Assembly (NCBI GenBank): GCA_038924245.1 | Contig: JBCKVB010000001.1 | Coordinates: 9,798-73,797, forward strand | Direction of reading: 5' to 3' | DNA from: Gammaproteobacteria bacterium | Lineage (GTDB): Bacteria; Pseudomonadota; Gammaproteobacteria; SURF-13 | DNA length: 64,000 bases | In this document: in pieces, positions 53,400-64,000 of the stretch | How positions within the stretch are numbered: position 1 is the first letter of the stretch | How the letters are laid out: every line of letters starts with the position of its first letter | Notes under the pieces: generated by a model | The model's database searches: none | What the model was told of the DNA's origin: nothing | The model's input: only the letters and a program-made list of their open reading frames with translations | Position numbers and translations under genes: made by a program

Positions 53400-54780
53400 T
53401 CACCTTCCTCTCAAAAACAGTTTGTCCAGCATCGTCATATCGAGTTGCACCCAGGTGGGGCGGCCGTGATTGCACTGGTTGCTGCGCTCGGTGCGTTCCA
53501 TGTCGCGCAGCAAGGCGTTCATCTCTACGAGGTTGAGTTTACGCCGCGCGCGCACGGCGGCGTGACAGGCCATTCCGGCCAGGACCTGGTTCATCTGTTC
53601 GGCCATGCGCGCTATCTTGCGCCGGTGTTCCGTGCAGGGTGTCATACGCGCCGATCTGCTCGCGCACCTGGAGCGGCATGGCGTGCTGTGTGTATGGTGC
53701 GGCAGGGTGCGCTGATGTCACCGGCGCATCCATCCACCGCGGCCCGGCTGCGGATGCGGTCTGTCCCGCCCGCGTAGCAGCCAAGGCCTGTTGCAACGCG
53801 CGATACAGAAAATCATGCACCAGGCGGCCTTCACGGAAACGCACTTCATGTTTGGCCGGATGCACGTTCACGTCCACCTCGGCGGGCGGCAGGGTGAAGT
53901 GCAACACATAGGCCGGATGACGCCCGTGATACAGCGCGTCTTGATAGGCCTGACGCAGCGCGTGGCTGACCAGCTTGTCGCGGATCAGGCGTCCGTTGAG
54001 GTAAAAATATTGCATGTCCGGCTGGCTGCGCGAGAAGGTGGGCAGACTGCTCCAGCCGCTCACGCGCAACGGGCCGGCCTCAAATTCCAGCGCCAGCGCT
54101 TCGGCCATGAAATTTTCTCCGCACAGCGCGGCCACGCGCCGTTCGCGGCCCTCCTCGCCGCGCAGCGTGAACACCGTGCGCTCATGATGGCGCAGCGTGA
54201 ATCCCACCTCCGCGCGCGACAAGGCCAGGCGCTTTACCACCTCTTGCAGGTGATTGAACTCGGTCTGTTCGCTCTTGAGGAATTTGCGCCGCGCGGGGAC
54301 GCTATGAAACAGGTCGCGCACCTCCACCGTGGTGCCGACGGGATGCGGCGCGGGCCGCGGCGAGTCCGTGTCCTCGCCCGTGATGAGCCAGCCGTTGGCG
54401 TCTTGCGCGGTGCGCGAGGCAATGCTGAGGCGCGCCACGGAGCGGATGCTGGGCAGCGCCTCGCCGCGAAAACCCAGGCTGCTTACCTGCTCCAGATCGC
54501 GCAGACTGTGTATCTTGCTGGTGGCGTGATGGCTCAGGGCCAGCGCCAGATCGTCCTTGCGGATGCCGCAACCGTCATCGCGCACGCGCATCAGGCGTAT
54601 GCCGCCCTGCTCCACTTCGATTTCGATCTGGCGCGCGCCCGCGTCCAGGCTGTTTTCCAGCAGTTCCTTGATGACCGAGGCCGGGCGCTCAACCACCTCG
54701 CTGGCGGCGATCTGGCTTATGAGTACATCAGGAAGGCGCTGGATGCGCCGCACTTCTGACAACGGGAACTCCTCAAGCAA
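53400..54780 (-). pseudogene. mutL: DNA mismatch repair protein MutL with an apparent internal deletion in the C-terminal domain plus a frameshift
   Basis: N-terminal GHKL ATPase intact (…[11 protein letters not shown]…GFRGEAL…[10 protein letters not shown]…). After a short linker the frame changes near 53600-53650 and only the last ~80 aa follow (…ACHAAVRA…[28 protein letters not shown]…LDKLFLRGR). The DQHA(x)2E(x)4E endonuclease motif region is absent in all frames; total about 460 codons. Confidence 0.7.
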
Positions 54781-54884
54781 TACGCCTTTGATTTTGACAG
54801 TATAAGATCAAAGCGCGCGTAGAGCTAACCAGTGGCGCAAGGACGTTGCCCCAGTTGGCCAAGCTACTTTACAACAGGCGGGAA

Positions 54885-56108
54885 CTACAAACGTCGTGCG
54901 GCGGAAGTCTGGCTGTCGCTGCGCGCCACGGTGCGTTTGCGCTGAGCTTCCTCGGCGAGCACGGTACCGGGCGGGGCCTTGCGGGTGAAATACTCGCGCA
55001 CGCCATTCATGATGGCCCGCGCCAGTTTTTCCTGATGGCGCACGTCGCGTAGTTTTTGCTCTTCATGCGGATTGGAGATAAACGCGGTCTCGACCAGAAT
55101 GGAAGGAACATCCGGCGACTTCAGCACCATGAATCCGGCCTGCTGCACTTGCGACTTGTGCAAATCGCCCACACCACCCAACTCTTTCAATATATTGGAC
55201 GCCACGTCGTGGCTGGCTTCTATCGTCGCGGTCTGTGACAGGTCCAGCAGCACCGATGCGAGCAGATCATCCTTGTCACCGAGGCTCACGCCGCCCACCA
55301 GGTCGGCGGCGTTCTCGCGCTCCGCGAGCCAGCGCGCGGCCTCGCTGGTGGCGCCGCGTTCGGACAGGGTAAACACCGAGGAGCCGCGCGCTTCCGGCCT
55401 TAGAAAGGCATCGGCGTGTATGGATACGAACAGGTCGGCCTTGTGTTCGCGCGCCCTGTTGATGCGTCCGCGCAGACTCACGTAATAATCGCCGTCACGC
55501 GTCAGCACGGCCTTCATGCCGCGCTCCTTGTTGATAAGCGCGGCGAGTTTGCGCGCAATGGCGAGCGTGATGTCTTTTTCATTGGTGCCGCGCCTGCCGC
55601 GCGCGCCCGGGTCTTCGCCGCCGTGACCGGCGTCCACCGCCACCACCACATCGCGCAATTGAGTACCCGGCTTAGCCGCGCGCGGCACTGGCGGCTGCTC
55701 TAAAACAGACCCGGTCTTTGCCGTCACGGTGGGATACAAATCCACCACCAAACGGTGGCCGTATTGTTCGTAGGGTTTGAGGGTAAAGCTTTTGGTCTGC
55801 ACACCTTCCTTCAATTGCAGCAGAATGGTGGCGCCCTCCAAGACGGGCAGGCTTTCAAGTTTGGTCAGCAGGCTCTTGCGGCTGTCGAAGGCAGGCAACG
55901 GGCTCAAAAGCCGCGCCTCGCTGATTTTAATTTCAATCCACCCCCCGGTCAGCTCGGTGAGCTGATACTGCGCGGGAGCGCTCAAATCCAGCACCAGGCG
56001 GGTATTATCGGGAGCGGGCCAGATACGCACGCCCTGAATATCCACCGGCGCGGCGGCAAGCGGTGCCACCATCAGTACCAACATCAGCAATACGCCAAGA
56101 CGTCTCAT
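54885..56108 (-). CDS. amiB: N-acetylmuramoyl-L-alanine amidase (AMIN domain + Amidase_3)
   Basis: 407 aa; signal peptide, N-terminal AMIN domain, C-terminal zinc amidase (…VVAVDAGHGGEDPGA…). Confidence 0.85.
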   Translation of the reverse strand: MRRLGVLLMLVLMVAPLAAAPVDIQGVRIWPAPDNTRLVLDLSAPAQYQLTELTGGWIEIKISEARLLSPLPAFDSRKSLLTKLESLPVLEGATILLQLKEGVQTKSFTLKPYEQYGHRLVVDLYPTVTAKTGSVLEQPPVPRAAKPGTQLRDVVVAVDAGHGGEDPGARGRRGTNEKDITLAIARKLAALINKERGMKAVLTRDGDYYVSLRGRINRAREHKADLFVSIHADAFLRPEARGSSVFTLSERGATSEAARWLAERENAADLVGGVSLGDKDDLLASVLLDLSQTATIEASHDVASNILKELGGVGDLHKSQVQQAGFMVLKSPDVPSILVETAFISNPHEEQKLRDVRHQEKLARAIMNGVREYFTRKAPPGTVLAEEAQRKRTVARSDSQTSAARRL

Positions 56109-56195
56109 CGTCCTGCTCCCAGCGGGTTTTTCATTAACCTACTCTATAAAAAATTATTTTGCAACTATTTTATAGAGTTACAGTTTAAACCTCCA

Positions 56196-56660
56196 CTAAT
56201 TTGGTGGTTTTCGCCGCCAACTCGACAAGGCAGCCAGGATTTCCTCGCCCCGTGCAGTTTTTGCATTTAAATTCAATAATCTATCGTGATCGCGCAGGTC
56301 CAGTTTCAGCTCTATATCCGGCTCCGGCAGCACACCCGCGCCCCGCTCCGGCCATTCCACCAGGCAAATCGCCTGCGGCGCGAGATAATCCTCCAGCCCC
56401 ATGGAGACGAGTTCCATAGAGTTATTAACTCTATATAAATCAAAATGATAAATAGTGTGACCAGCCAACTCATAGGGCTCCACCAAGGTGAAGGTGGGGC
56501 TTTTTACCGTGCCCTGATAGCCCAAACCACGCAACAGACCACGCACCAAGGTGGTCTTGCCCGCGCCCAGTTCGCCGCTGAGATAAATCCGTTCCCCCCC
56601 ACGCAGTTCTCCGGCAAGCTCCGCCCCGAAGGCCATCATCTCGGCCTCGTTGCGTATCAC
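56196..56660 (-). CDS. tsaE: tRNA threonylcarbamoyladenosine biosynthesis protein TsaE (GTG start at 56660 preferred over the long ORF from 56864)
   Basis: …YLSGELGAGKTTLVRGLLRGLGYQGTVKSPTFTLVEPYEL…YHFDLYR…; the longer ORF would read through two strong palindromes and add about 65 aa absent from TsaE homologs. Confidence 0.8.
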   Translation of the reverse strand: MIRNEAEMMAFGAELAGELRGGERIYLSGELGAGKTTLVRGLLRGLGYQGTVKSPTFTLVEPYELAGHTIYHFDLYRVNNSMELVSMGLEDYLAPQAICLVEWPERGAGVLPEPDIELKLDLRDHDRLLNLNAKTARGEEILAALSSWRRKPPN

Positions 56661-56671
56661 ATAGTGCGCGG

Positions 56672-56707
56672 ACTTAGCAGGTTGCTGAAAAACTCGTTTT
56701 TCAGCAA
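56672..56707. repeat. Perfect 16-bp-stem palindrome gcaggttgctgaaaaa-ctcg-tttttcagcaacctgc between nnr and tsaE; a second hairpin lies at about 56820-56850
   Basis: Read directly from the sequence. Confidence 0.8.
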
Positions 56708-56856
56708 CCTGCGGCGCGGCACAGGGAAGAGCACCAGCGAAGGGTTCTGCCGCCCTTTTGCGAACACGCAAGTGTTTGGAAAAGGAAGCAAAGAAAAAAT
56801 GACATTTTTGCTTTGCGTGGCTGAAAAAGTCCTGGACGGATTTTTTCAGCATCCTA

Positions 56857-58335
56857 TTAGCCACGATTCACCAGCTTGCGTAACGGCGCAAACAAGTCGC
56901 TCGCCAGCAGACCGCGCTCGCCTTGCCGCGCGGCCTCATCCGCGGCCTGCGCGTGCAGATACACGCCCAGCCGCGCGGCATCGGCGAGGCTCATACCCTG
57001 CGCGATCAGTCCCGCAATCACGCCGGTCAGCACATCGCCCATGCCCGCGCTCGCCATGCCGGGATTGCCCGCTGTGCACACGTGAACAGGCGCGCCTTCA
57101 GCCGCCACCAGCGTACCCGCGCCTTTTAAAATCACTACGTCACCGTACTGCTCATGCAGTTTTTGCACTGCGCTGAAGCGGTCACGCTGAATGACGCTAC
57201 TCGCGCAGCCCAACAAACGCCCGGCTTCGCCGGGATGGGGCGTGAGTATCCAGTTGACACGCGTTTGCGGGTGCCGCGCGAGCAGATTGAGCGCATCGGC
57301 ATCCACCACCAGGGGCAACGAAGTCCGCACCACGGCATTGAACAGCTCGACCGCCCAGGGCGACAGGCCAAGCCCGGGGCCGATGGCGATCACATCCGCC
57401 TTGTGCAACAAGGTTTGCAGTTGTTCTGTATTTTCAACTCCGTAACACAGCAATTCCGGACGCTGCGCACTGACGTGAGGCGCATGCGCCGCACGCGTGG
57501 CGATAGTGACCAGCCCGGCCCCGGTGCGCGCGGCAGCCTCACCCGTGAGCCGCACCGCACCCGCCATGCCGTAATCGCCGCCGATCACCAGCACGCGGCC
57601 GTAATCGCCTTTATGCGAATCGCGCGCGCGCAGCTTGAGGCGCGGCAGATTGTCCGCCGTAAGCCGCGCGGCGGCAGGTGCGGCGCGCTGATAAATCTCG
57701 CGCGGCACATTCAGATCGTCAAAAACCACCTTGCCGCAGTGACTCAGCGCCGCACCGGTGAACAAACCCTGCTTGAGGGCGAGAAAACTAATGGTGATGC
57801 TCGCGCGCACCGCCGCGCCGAACACCGCGCCGCTGTCCGCATCGAGCCCGGAAGGAATATCGAGCGCGAGCACATGTTTGTGCGCATCATTCATCGCCTC
57901 AATCGCGGCGCGCCACGCGCCGGTCACTTCCCGCTCCAGTCCAATACCAAACAACGCATCCACGATCAGCTCAGCGTCTTTGAGCCGCGGCGCGGAAAAG
58001 GGCTCCACCTCCACACCTGCCGCATACAACGCTTGATGCGCCGCTCGCGCATCTCCGCGCAGCGCGCCCTTCTCCCCCACCTGTAATACGCACACATCCA
58101 GCCCGGCCTGCTTCGCCAGACGCGCCACAACAAACCCATCCCCGCCGTTATTCCCCGTGCCGCACACCACGGCGACGCGCCGCGCCTGCGGCCAATGCGC
58201 CCGCAACACCTCAAACGCCGCGCGCCCCGCACGCTCCATGAGCGTCGCGCCGGGAATGCCGCATTCCTCGATGGCGCTGCGATCAAACTCACGCACCTGC
58301 GCCGCGCGGTATAAATTGACAGGGAGATCAGACAT
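56857..58335 (-). CDS. nnr: Bifunctional NAD(P)H-hydrate repair enzyme (epimerase + ADP-dependent dehydratase)
   Basis: 492 aa; YjeF N-terminal and C-terminal (carbohydrate-kinase-like) domains. Confidence 0.9.
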   Translation of the reverse strand: MSDLPVNLYRAAQVREFDRSAIEECGIPGATLMERAGRAAFEVLRAHWPQARRVAVVCGTGNNGGDGFVVARLAKQAGLDVCVLQVGEKGALRGDARAAHQALYAAGVEVEPFSAPRLKDAELIVDALFGIGLEREVTGAWRAAIEAMNDAHKHVLALDIPSGLDADSGAVFGAAVRASITISFLALKQGLFTGAALSHCGKVVFDDLNVPREIYQRAAPAAARLTADNLPRLKLRARDSHKGDYGRVLVIGGDYGMAGAVRLTGEAAARTGAGLVTIATRAAHAPHVSAQRPELLCYGVENTEQLQTLLHKADVIAIGPGLGLSPWAVELFNAVVRTSLPLVVDADALNLLARHPQTRVNWILTPHPGEAGRLLGCASSVIQRDRFSAVQKLHEQYGDVVILKGAGTLVAAEGAPVHVCTAGNPGMASAGMGDVLTGVIAGLIAQGMSLADAARLGVYLHAQAADEAARQGERGLLASDLFAPLRKLVNRG

Positions 58336-58505
58336 AGGGGTTATCTTAAGAGATACGGCCTGCGTACACTAGCGAAACGTCATGGTTATCAAGTTGATTT
58401 CAAAATCAAACGTGGTAGGATTTTCGATAAATCCGGTTAAATGATTAGACACCGCTTGGGGTCTAGTTTGCGTTAGGCTGACAATTGTTCTGCCACATGA
58501 AATAA

Positions 58506-59022
<517 letters not shown>

Positions 59023-59094
59023 CTCAAACGGATTTTTGTTTGCCCACGCGGGTTCAGTCCCGATTCGGAACATGCAGGCAACAAGTTGTCCGCC

Positions 59095-59640
59095 TTACTC
59101 GGCTTTAAGCTTCGCGCTGTAACGCTCGCGGAACTTTTTGACTTTGGGGGCGATCACCGCCTGGCAATACGGTTGATTGCCGTTTCTGGCGTAATAGTCC
59201 TGGTGATAATCTTCCGCGCGGTAGAATGCGCTGAACGGCGTGACTTCCGTGACGATTGGATCGGGCCAGATCCGCGCTGCGTTAGTTTCCTGAATCACCT
59301 GTCCGGCAATCCGTTTCTGCTCAGGCGTGTGATAAAAAACTACTGAGCGGTATTGGGTACCGGCGTCATTGCCTTGGCGATTGAGCGTGGTGGGGTCGTG
59401 CAGGGTGAAAAATATTTCCAGCAGTTCCTGATAGCTGATAGCGCCTGGGTCGAACGTAACCTGCACCACTTCCGCGTGGCCGGTGTTGCCGGCGCAGACT
59501 TCACGGTAAGCGGGATTTTTCACCTTGCCGCCGGAGTAGCCTGACTCGGCTTTTGCCACGCCTTTAAGGGCGGCAAATAGAGGTTCCAGGCACCAGAAGC
59601 AGCCGCCACCCAGTGTTGCAAGCTCCGCGTTCGCGGACAT
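59095..59640 (-). CDS. msrA: Peptide methionine sulfoxide reductase MsrA (start MSANAELA)
   Basis: GGGCFWC active site. Confidence 0.9.
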   Translation of the reverse strand: MSANAELATLGGGCFWCLEPLFAALKGVAKAESGYSGGKVKNPAYREVCAGNTGHAEVVQVTFDPGAISYQELLEIFFTLHDPTTLNRQGNDAGTQYRSVVFYHTPEQKRIAGQVIQETNAARIWPDPIVTEVTPFSAFYRAEDYHQDYYARNGNQPYCQAVIAPKVKKFRERYSAKLKAE

Positions 59641-60239
59641 CAGGGGAGTTCGCGGTGCATGCCGATCAGGGTGAACAATTCCATGCGCGAGGAAGGATTG
59701 TTGAGGAACACGCCGTGCAGTTTGCTGGTGGTGGTCCAGGAGCCGGACTTTTTCGCGCCGCGGTAGCACATGCAGAAATGCTGGCACTGCATGATGACCG
59801 CCACGCCCTGCGGCTGCAATACCTCTTGAATCACATCCGCGACCTGCGCGGTGAGCTTTTCCTGCACCTGCAAACGCTTGGAAAAAATATCCACCACGCG
59901 CGCGAGCTTGGACAGGCCGACGATGCGCCCGTTCGGGATGTAGGCGATGTGCGCCTTGCCAACAAACGGCACCATGTGATGCTCGCAGTGGCTGTGCATC
60001 TCGATGTCGGACACCAGCACCAATTCGTCATAGCCGGGCGCGGTCTCAAATGTTTTCAGCAGATGTTCTTTCGGGTCCTGCGTATAGCCCTGGAAATGCT
60101 CCCGCAACACGCCGACCACGCGTTCGGGCGTGTCACGCAGCCCTTCGCGGTTTGGGTCTTCGCCGATGTATTCCAGCAGCGCGCGGATGTGCGCCATGAC
60201 GGCTTGGTCTTTTTTATTGAATGACGAGGAGTCAGGCAT
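59640..60239 (-). CDS. folE: GTP cyclohydrolase I
   Basis: 199 aa; …HSHCEHHMVPF…; stop overlaps the msrA start by 1 nt. Confidence 0.9.
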   Translation of the reverse strand: MPDSSSFNKKDQAVMAHIRALLEYIGEDPNREGLRDTPERVVGVLREHFQGYTQDPKEHLLKTFETAPGYDELVLVSDIEMHSHCEHHMVPFVGKAHIAYIPNGRIVGLSKLARVVDIFSKRLQVQEKLTAQVADVIQEVLQPQGVAVIMQCQHFCMCYRGAKKSGSWTTTSKLHGVFLNNPSSRMELFTLIGMHRELP

Positions 60240-60311
60240 GATGTGCGTCCCGCTGTTAACAGATATTAAAATAGTGATCGCAATACGGCGCGCTGTGCGC
60301 GCCCTTGCGGC

Positions 60312-60578
<267 letters not shown>

Positions 60579-60632
60579 TCACCTGCAACTTCATTCCGCG
60601 TTGATGAAAGTTACTGTACCTGATTAAAATAG

Positions 60633-61241
<609 letters not shown>

Positions 61242-61327
61242 TTAACGCTGGATGTGCCGCATGGTAGCTCAATTTAACAGTGATGCACAGGGCCTGAACC
61301 CTTTTGTCAAAATACATTAACGTCACC

Positions 61328-61618
61328 ATGAACGGCAAAAAACTGTTGGCGCTCGTCATTCTGCTTGCCGGATTAAGCGCGGCCTGCGCAAGCATTCCCT
61401 CGCAAGAGATGAGCGACGCGCGCCAAGCCGTACAGGCCGCCCAGGAGGCTGACGCCGAGACGCTTGCACCGCAGCAGTTTGACGACGCTAAAAAATTGCT
61501 GGATGAAGCAAAGGCCGCGCTCAACCTCGGCAACTACAGCGCGGCGCGCGCCAATGCGCTGCGCGCAAAAGAGGCCGCGATTCGCGCGCGCGAGCAGGCG
61601 CTCGACACCCAGCACTGA
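61328..61618 (+). CDS. DUF4398-domain lipoprotein
   Basis: Lipobox LAGLSAACAS; coiled-coil/Ala-rich region. Confidence 0.6.
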   Translation: MNGKKLLALVILLAGLSAACASIPSQEMSDARQAVQAAQEADAETLAPQQFDDAKKLLDEAKAALNLGNYSAARANALRAKEAAIRAREQALDTQH

Positions 61619-61658
61619 ATAAAAACACTTTCAACCCTTCGATTTTTTCATACGCTGG

Positions 61659-63359
61659 ATGCGCACCTCTCAATTACTCATTCCCACGCTCAAGGAAACA
61701 CCCTCCGACGCAGAAGTCATCAGCCATCAGTTGATGCTGCGCGCGGGCATGATCCGCAAACTCGCCGCCGGAATCTACAGTTGGCTGCCCCTGGGCTTGC
61801 GCGTGCTGCGCAAGGTGGAGGCCATCGTGCGCGAGGAAATGAACCGCGCGGGCGCGCAAGAGGTGCTGATGCCCGCCGTGCAACCCGCCGAACTGTGGCA
61901 GGAGTCCGGGCGCTGGGGGCAATACGGACCAGAGTTGCTGCGCCTGCAAGACCGGCACCAGCGCGACTTCTGTTTCGGCCCGACGCATGAAGAAGTCATC
62001 ACCGATCTGGTACGCAACGAAATCCGCAGTTACAAACAACTGCCCGCAATGTTTTACCAGATACAAACCAAATTCCGTGACGAACCGCGCCCGCGCTTCG
62101 GCATCATGCGCGCGCGCGAATTTTTGATGAAGGACGCTTATTCGTTCCACGCCGATAAAACAAGCCTGGAAAAAACCTACCAGGTAATGCATGAGGTCTA
62201 CACACGCATCTTCACGCGCCTGGGGCTTAAATTCCGCGCCGTATACGCCGACACCGGCGCCATCGGCGGCACCGGCTCGCAGGAGTTCCACGTGCTCGCC
62301 GACTCCGGCGAAGACGCCATCGCCTTTTGCCCCGGCTCGGACTATGCCGCGAACGTGGAGTTGGCCGAGGCTGTTGCACCGGCAGGAAAACGCCCCGCCC
62401 CGCAACAAAAGATACAAACCGTGGACACGCCCGGCCAGCACAGCATTGAACAAGTCAGCACCTTTCTAAAGATCGCTCCGTATCAGTGTTTGAAAACGCT
62501 GCTGGTGCAAGGTAAAGAAGGCATCGTCGCGCTGGTGTTGCGCGGCGATCACGAATTGAACACGGTGAAGGCCGCCAAGCTCGCGCAGGTTTTCGCCCCG
62601 TTGACGCTGGCCACGCCGCAGCAGATGCACGATGCAGCGGGCTGCGCGCCGGGCTCCGTAGGACCCGTGGGCTTAAAGATTCCCGTCATCGCCGACCGCG
62701 CCGCCGCGCGCACAAGCGACTTTGTGTGCGGCGCGAACCAGGATGACAAGCATCTCACCGGCGTCAACTGGGGCCGCGATCTGCCGGAACCGTTGGTCGC
62801 GGACATACGCAACGTCGTTGAGGGCGACCCCTCGCCTGATGGGCAAGGCAAGCTGTCCATCGCGCGCGGCATCGAAGTCGGGCACATTTTTCAGCTTGGC
62901 AACAAATATTCGAGCGCGATGGGGGCGAACTATCTCGACGAAAACGGCCAGTCGCAAGTGATGGAGATGGGCTGCTACGGCATCGGTGTATCGCGCGTGG
63001 TAGCCTCCGCCATCGAACAGAACCATGACGCGCGCGGCATCATCTGGCCCAACCCCATCGCGCCGTTTCACGTGGCGCTGCTGCCGATGAACATGCACAA
63101 GTCGCCGCGCGCGCGGGAAGCAGCGGACAAGCTCTACCAGGAATTAACGGATGCGGGAATAGAGGTATTGTTTGACGACCGCCCCTTGCGCGCGGGCGTG
63201 ATGTTCGCCGATATGGAACTGATCGGCATCCCGCACCGCATCGTGATCGGCGAACGCGGTCTCGACGCCGGAACAGTTGAATACCAAGGCCGCCGCGACA
63301 CGCAAAGCCAGAACGTGCCGCTTGCTGAAATCACCGGCTTTCTAAAAGCGCGCCTATAG
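61659..63359 (+). CDS. proS: Proline--tRNA ligase
   Basis: 566 aa; class II motifs plus the INS editing domain. Confidence 0.95.
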   Translation: MRTSQLLIPTLKETPSDAEVISHQLMLRAGMIRKLAAGIYSWLPLGLRVLRKVEAIVREEMNRAGAQEVLMPAVQPAELWQESGRWGQYGPELLRLQDRHQRDFCFGPTHEEVITDLVRNEIRSYKQLPAMFYQIQTKFRDEPRPRFGIMRAREFLMKDAYSFHADKTSLEKTYQVMHEVYTRIFTRLGLKFRAVYADTGAIGGTGSQEFHVLADSGEDAIAFCPGSDYAANVELAEAVAPAGKRPAPQQKIQTVDTPGQHSIEQVSTFLKIAPYQCLKTLLVQGKEGIVALVLRGDHELNTVKAAKLAQVFAPLTLATPQQMHDAAGCAPGSVGPVGLKIPVIADRAAARTSDFVCGANQDDKHLTGVNWGRDLPEPLVADIRNVVEGDPSPDGQGKLSIARGIEVGHIFQLGNKYSSAMGANYLDENGQSQVMEMGCYGIGVSRVVASAIEQNHDARGIIWPNPIAPFHVALLPMNMHKSPRAREAADKLYQELTDAGIEVLFDDRPLRAGVMFADMELIGIPHRIVIGERGLDAGTVEYQGRRDTQSQNVPLAEITGFLKARL

Positions 63360-64000
63360 CCCGCCCTTCTTCCAGTCGGCCAGAAATTGCTCCAGGCCGA
63401 TGCTCGTGAGCGGATGCCTGTACATCTGCTCCAGCACCTTGAACGGCATGGTGGCGACGTGCGCGCCGATGTGCGCGGCTTCAATCACGTGGGTAACATG
63501 GCGGATAGAGGCGACCAGCACCTGCGTCTTCCATTCATAATTCCTGTAGATATCCACGATCTCCTTGATGAGACCCATGCCGTGCTCGCCGATGTCATCA
63601 ATTCTGCCCACAAAGGGTGACACAAATGTCGCGCCCGCTTTGGCGGCGAGTATCGCCTGCGCGGCGGAGAAACACAGTGTGACGTTCACCATCACGCCCT
63701 CCTTGCTCAGCACGCCGCAGGTGCGGATACCGTCAGGGGTGAGCGGGAGTTTGACCGTGACGTTCGGCGCGATTTTGGCAAGCTCGCGGCCCTGCTTCAG
63801 CATCCCTTCATAATCCGTCGCCACCACTTCCGCGCTGACCGGGCCTTTCACCATCTCGCAGATCATTGCAATCTGTTTGTGGAAACTGATGCCGGTTTCC
63901 TTGGCCAGCAGCGAAGGATTCGTGGTCACGCCGTCGGCCATGCCCAGTTCCACAGCCCTGCGTATGTCTTCAAGATGTCCCGTGTCTATAAAAAATTTCA
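63354..64000 (-). CDS. Transaldolase-family protein (fructose-6-phosphate aldolase/Tal), N-terminus cut by window end
   Basis: …GVTTNPSLL…; the start codon lies just beyond position 64000. Confidence 0.8.
   Translation of the reverse strand, partial: KFFIDTGHLEDIRRAVELGMADGVTTNPSLLAKETGISFHKQIAMICEMVKGPVSAEVVATDYEGMLKQGRELAKIAPNVTVKLPLTPDGIRTCGVLSKEGVMVNVTLCFSAAQAILAAKAGATFVSPFVGRIDDIGEHGMGLIKEIVDIYRNYEWKTQVLVASIRHVTHVIEAAHIGAHVATMPFKVLEQMYRHPLTSIGLEQFLADWKKGGL

Noticed and set aside
56661-56864. Long start for tsaE (222 aa)
   Set aside because: The extension is translated through two perfect palindromes and has no counterpart in TsaE homologs; a GTG at 56660 gives a product that aligns with the E. 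coli TsaE N-terminus.

Overview
GC-rich (~63-65% GC) proteobacterial chromosome segment, mostly conserved housekeeping genes. Gene content by coordinate: ffh (partial), hemL, thiE, thiD, gltX with tRNA-Ala and tRNA-Glu, an oxidative-stress neighbourhood (two rubredoxins, rubredoxin reductase, rubrerythrin-like gene, oxyR, katG), mrcB with an LpoP-like TPR lipoprotein, leuA, pssA, ilvC-ilvH-ilvI, tRNA-Ser / 4.5S RNA / dnaX / ybaB / recR, fbp, mtgA, a Y-family polymerase, an ABC-F ATPase, a PQQ sugar dehydrogenase and yaeQ. After the accessory islet come hda, an AI-2E transporter, pgsA, purM-purN, purA, then an E. coli-like block nnr-tsaE-amidase-mutL-miaA-hfq-hflX-hflK-hflC-DUF2065-hisZ, then msrA, folE, ferredoxin, wrbA, proS and a partial transaldolase. 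One accessory region stands out (about 33.0-40.15 kb). It lies between yaeQ and tRNA-Ser(CGA) and is packed with type II toxin-antitoxin modules, an IS3-family insertion sequence, toxin pseudogenes and internal direct repeats. It also holds a Panacea (DUF4065)-domain gene translationally coupled to an uncharacterised ORF, which is the best candidate in this window for an undescribed toxin/defence module. Separately, mutL appears to carry an internal deletion plus a frameshift. Three more genes are broken by indels in simple-sequence runs: oxyR, the rubrerythrin-like gene and an EamA transporter. These could be real (a mutator background) or assembly errors. I found no CRISPR array, rRNA or prophage structural genes. 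Coordinates were derived by hand and may be off by a few nucleotides.
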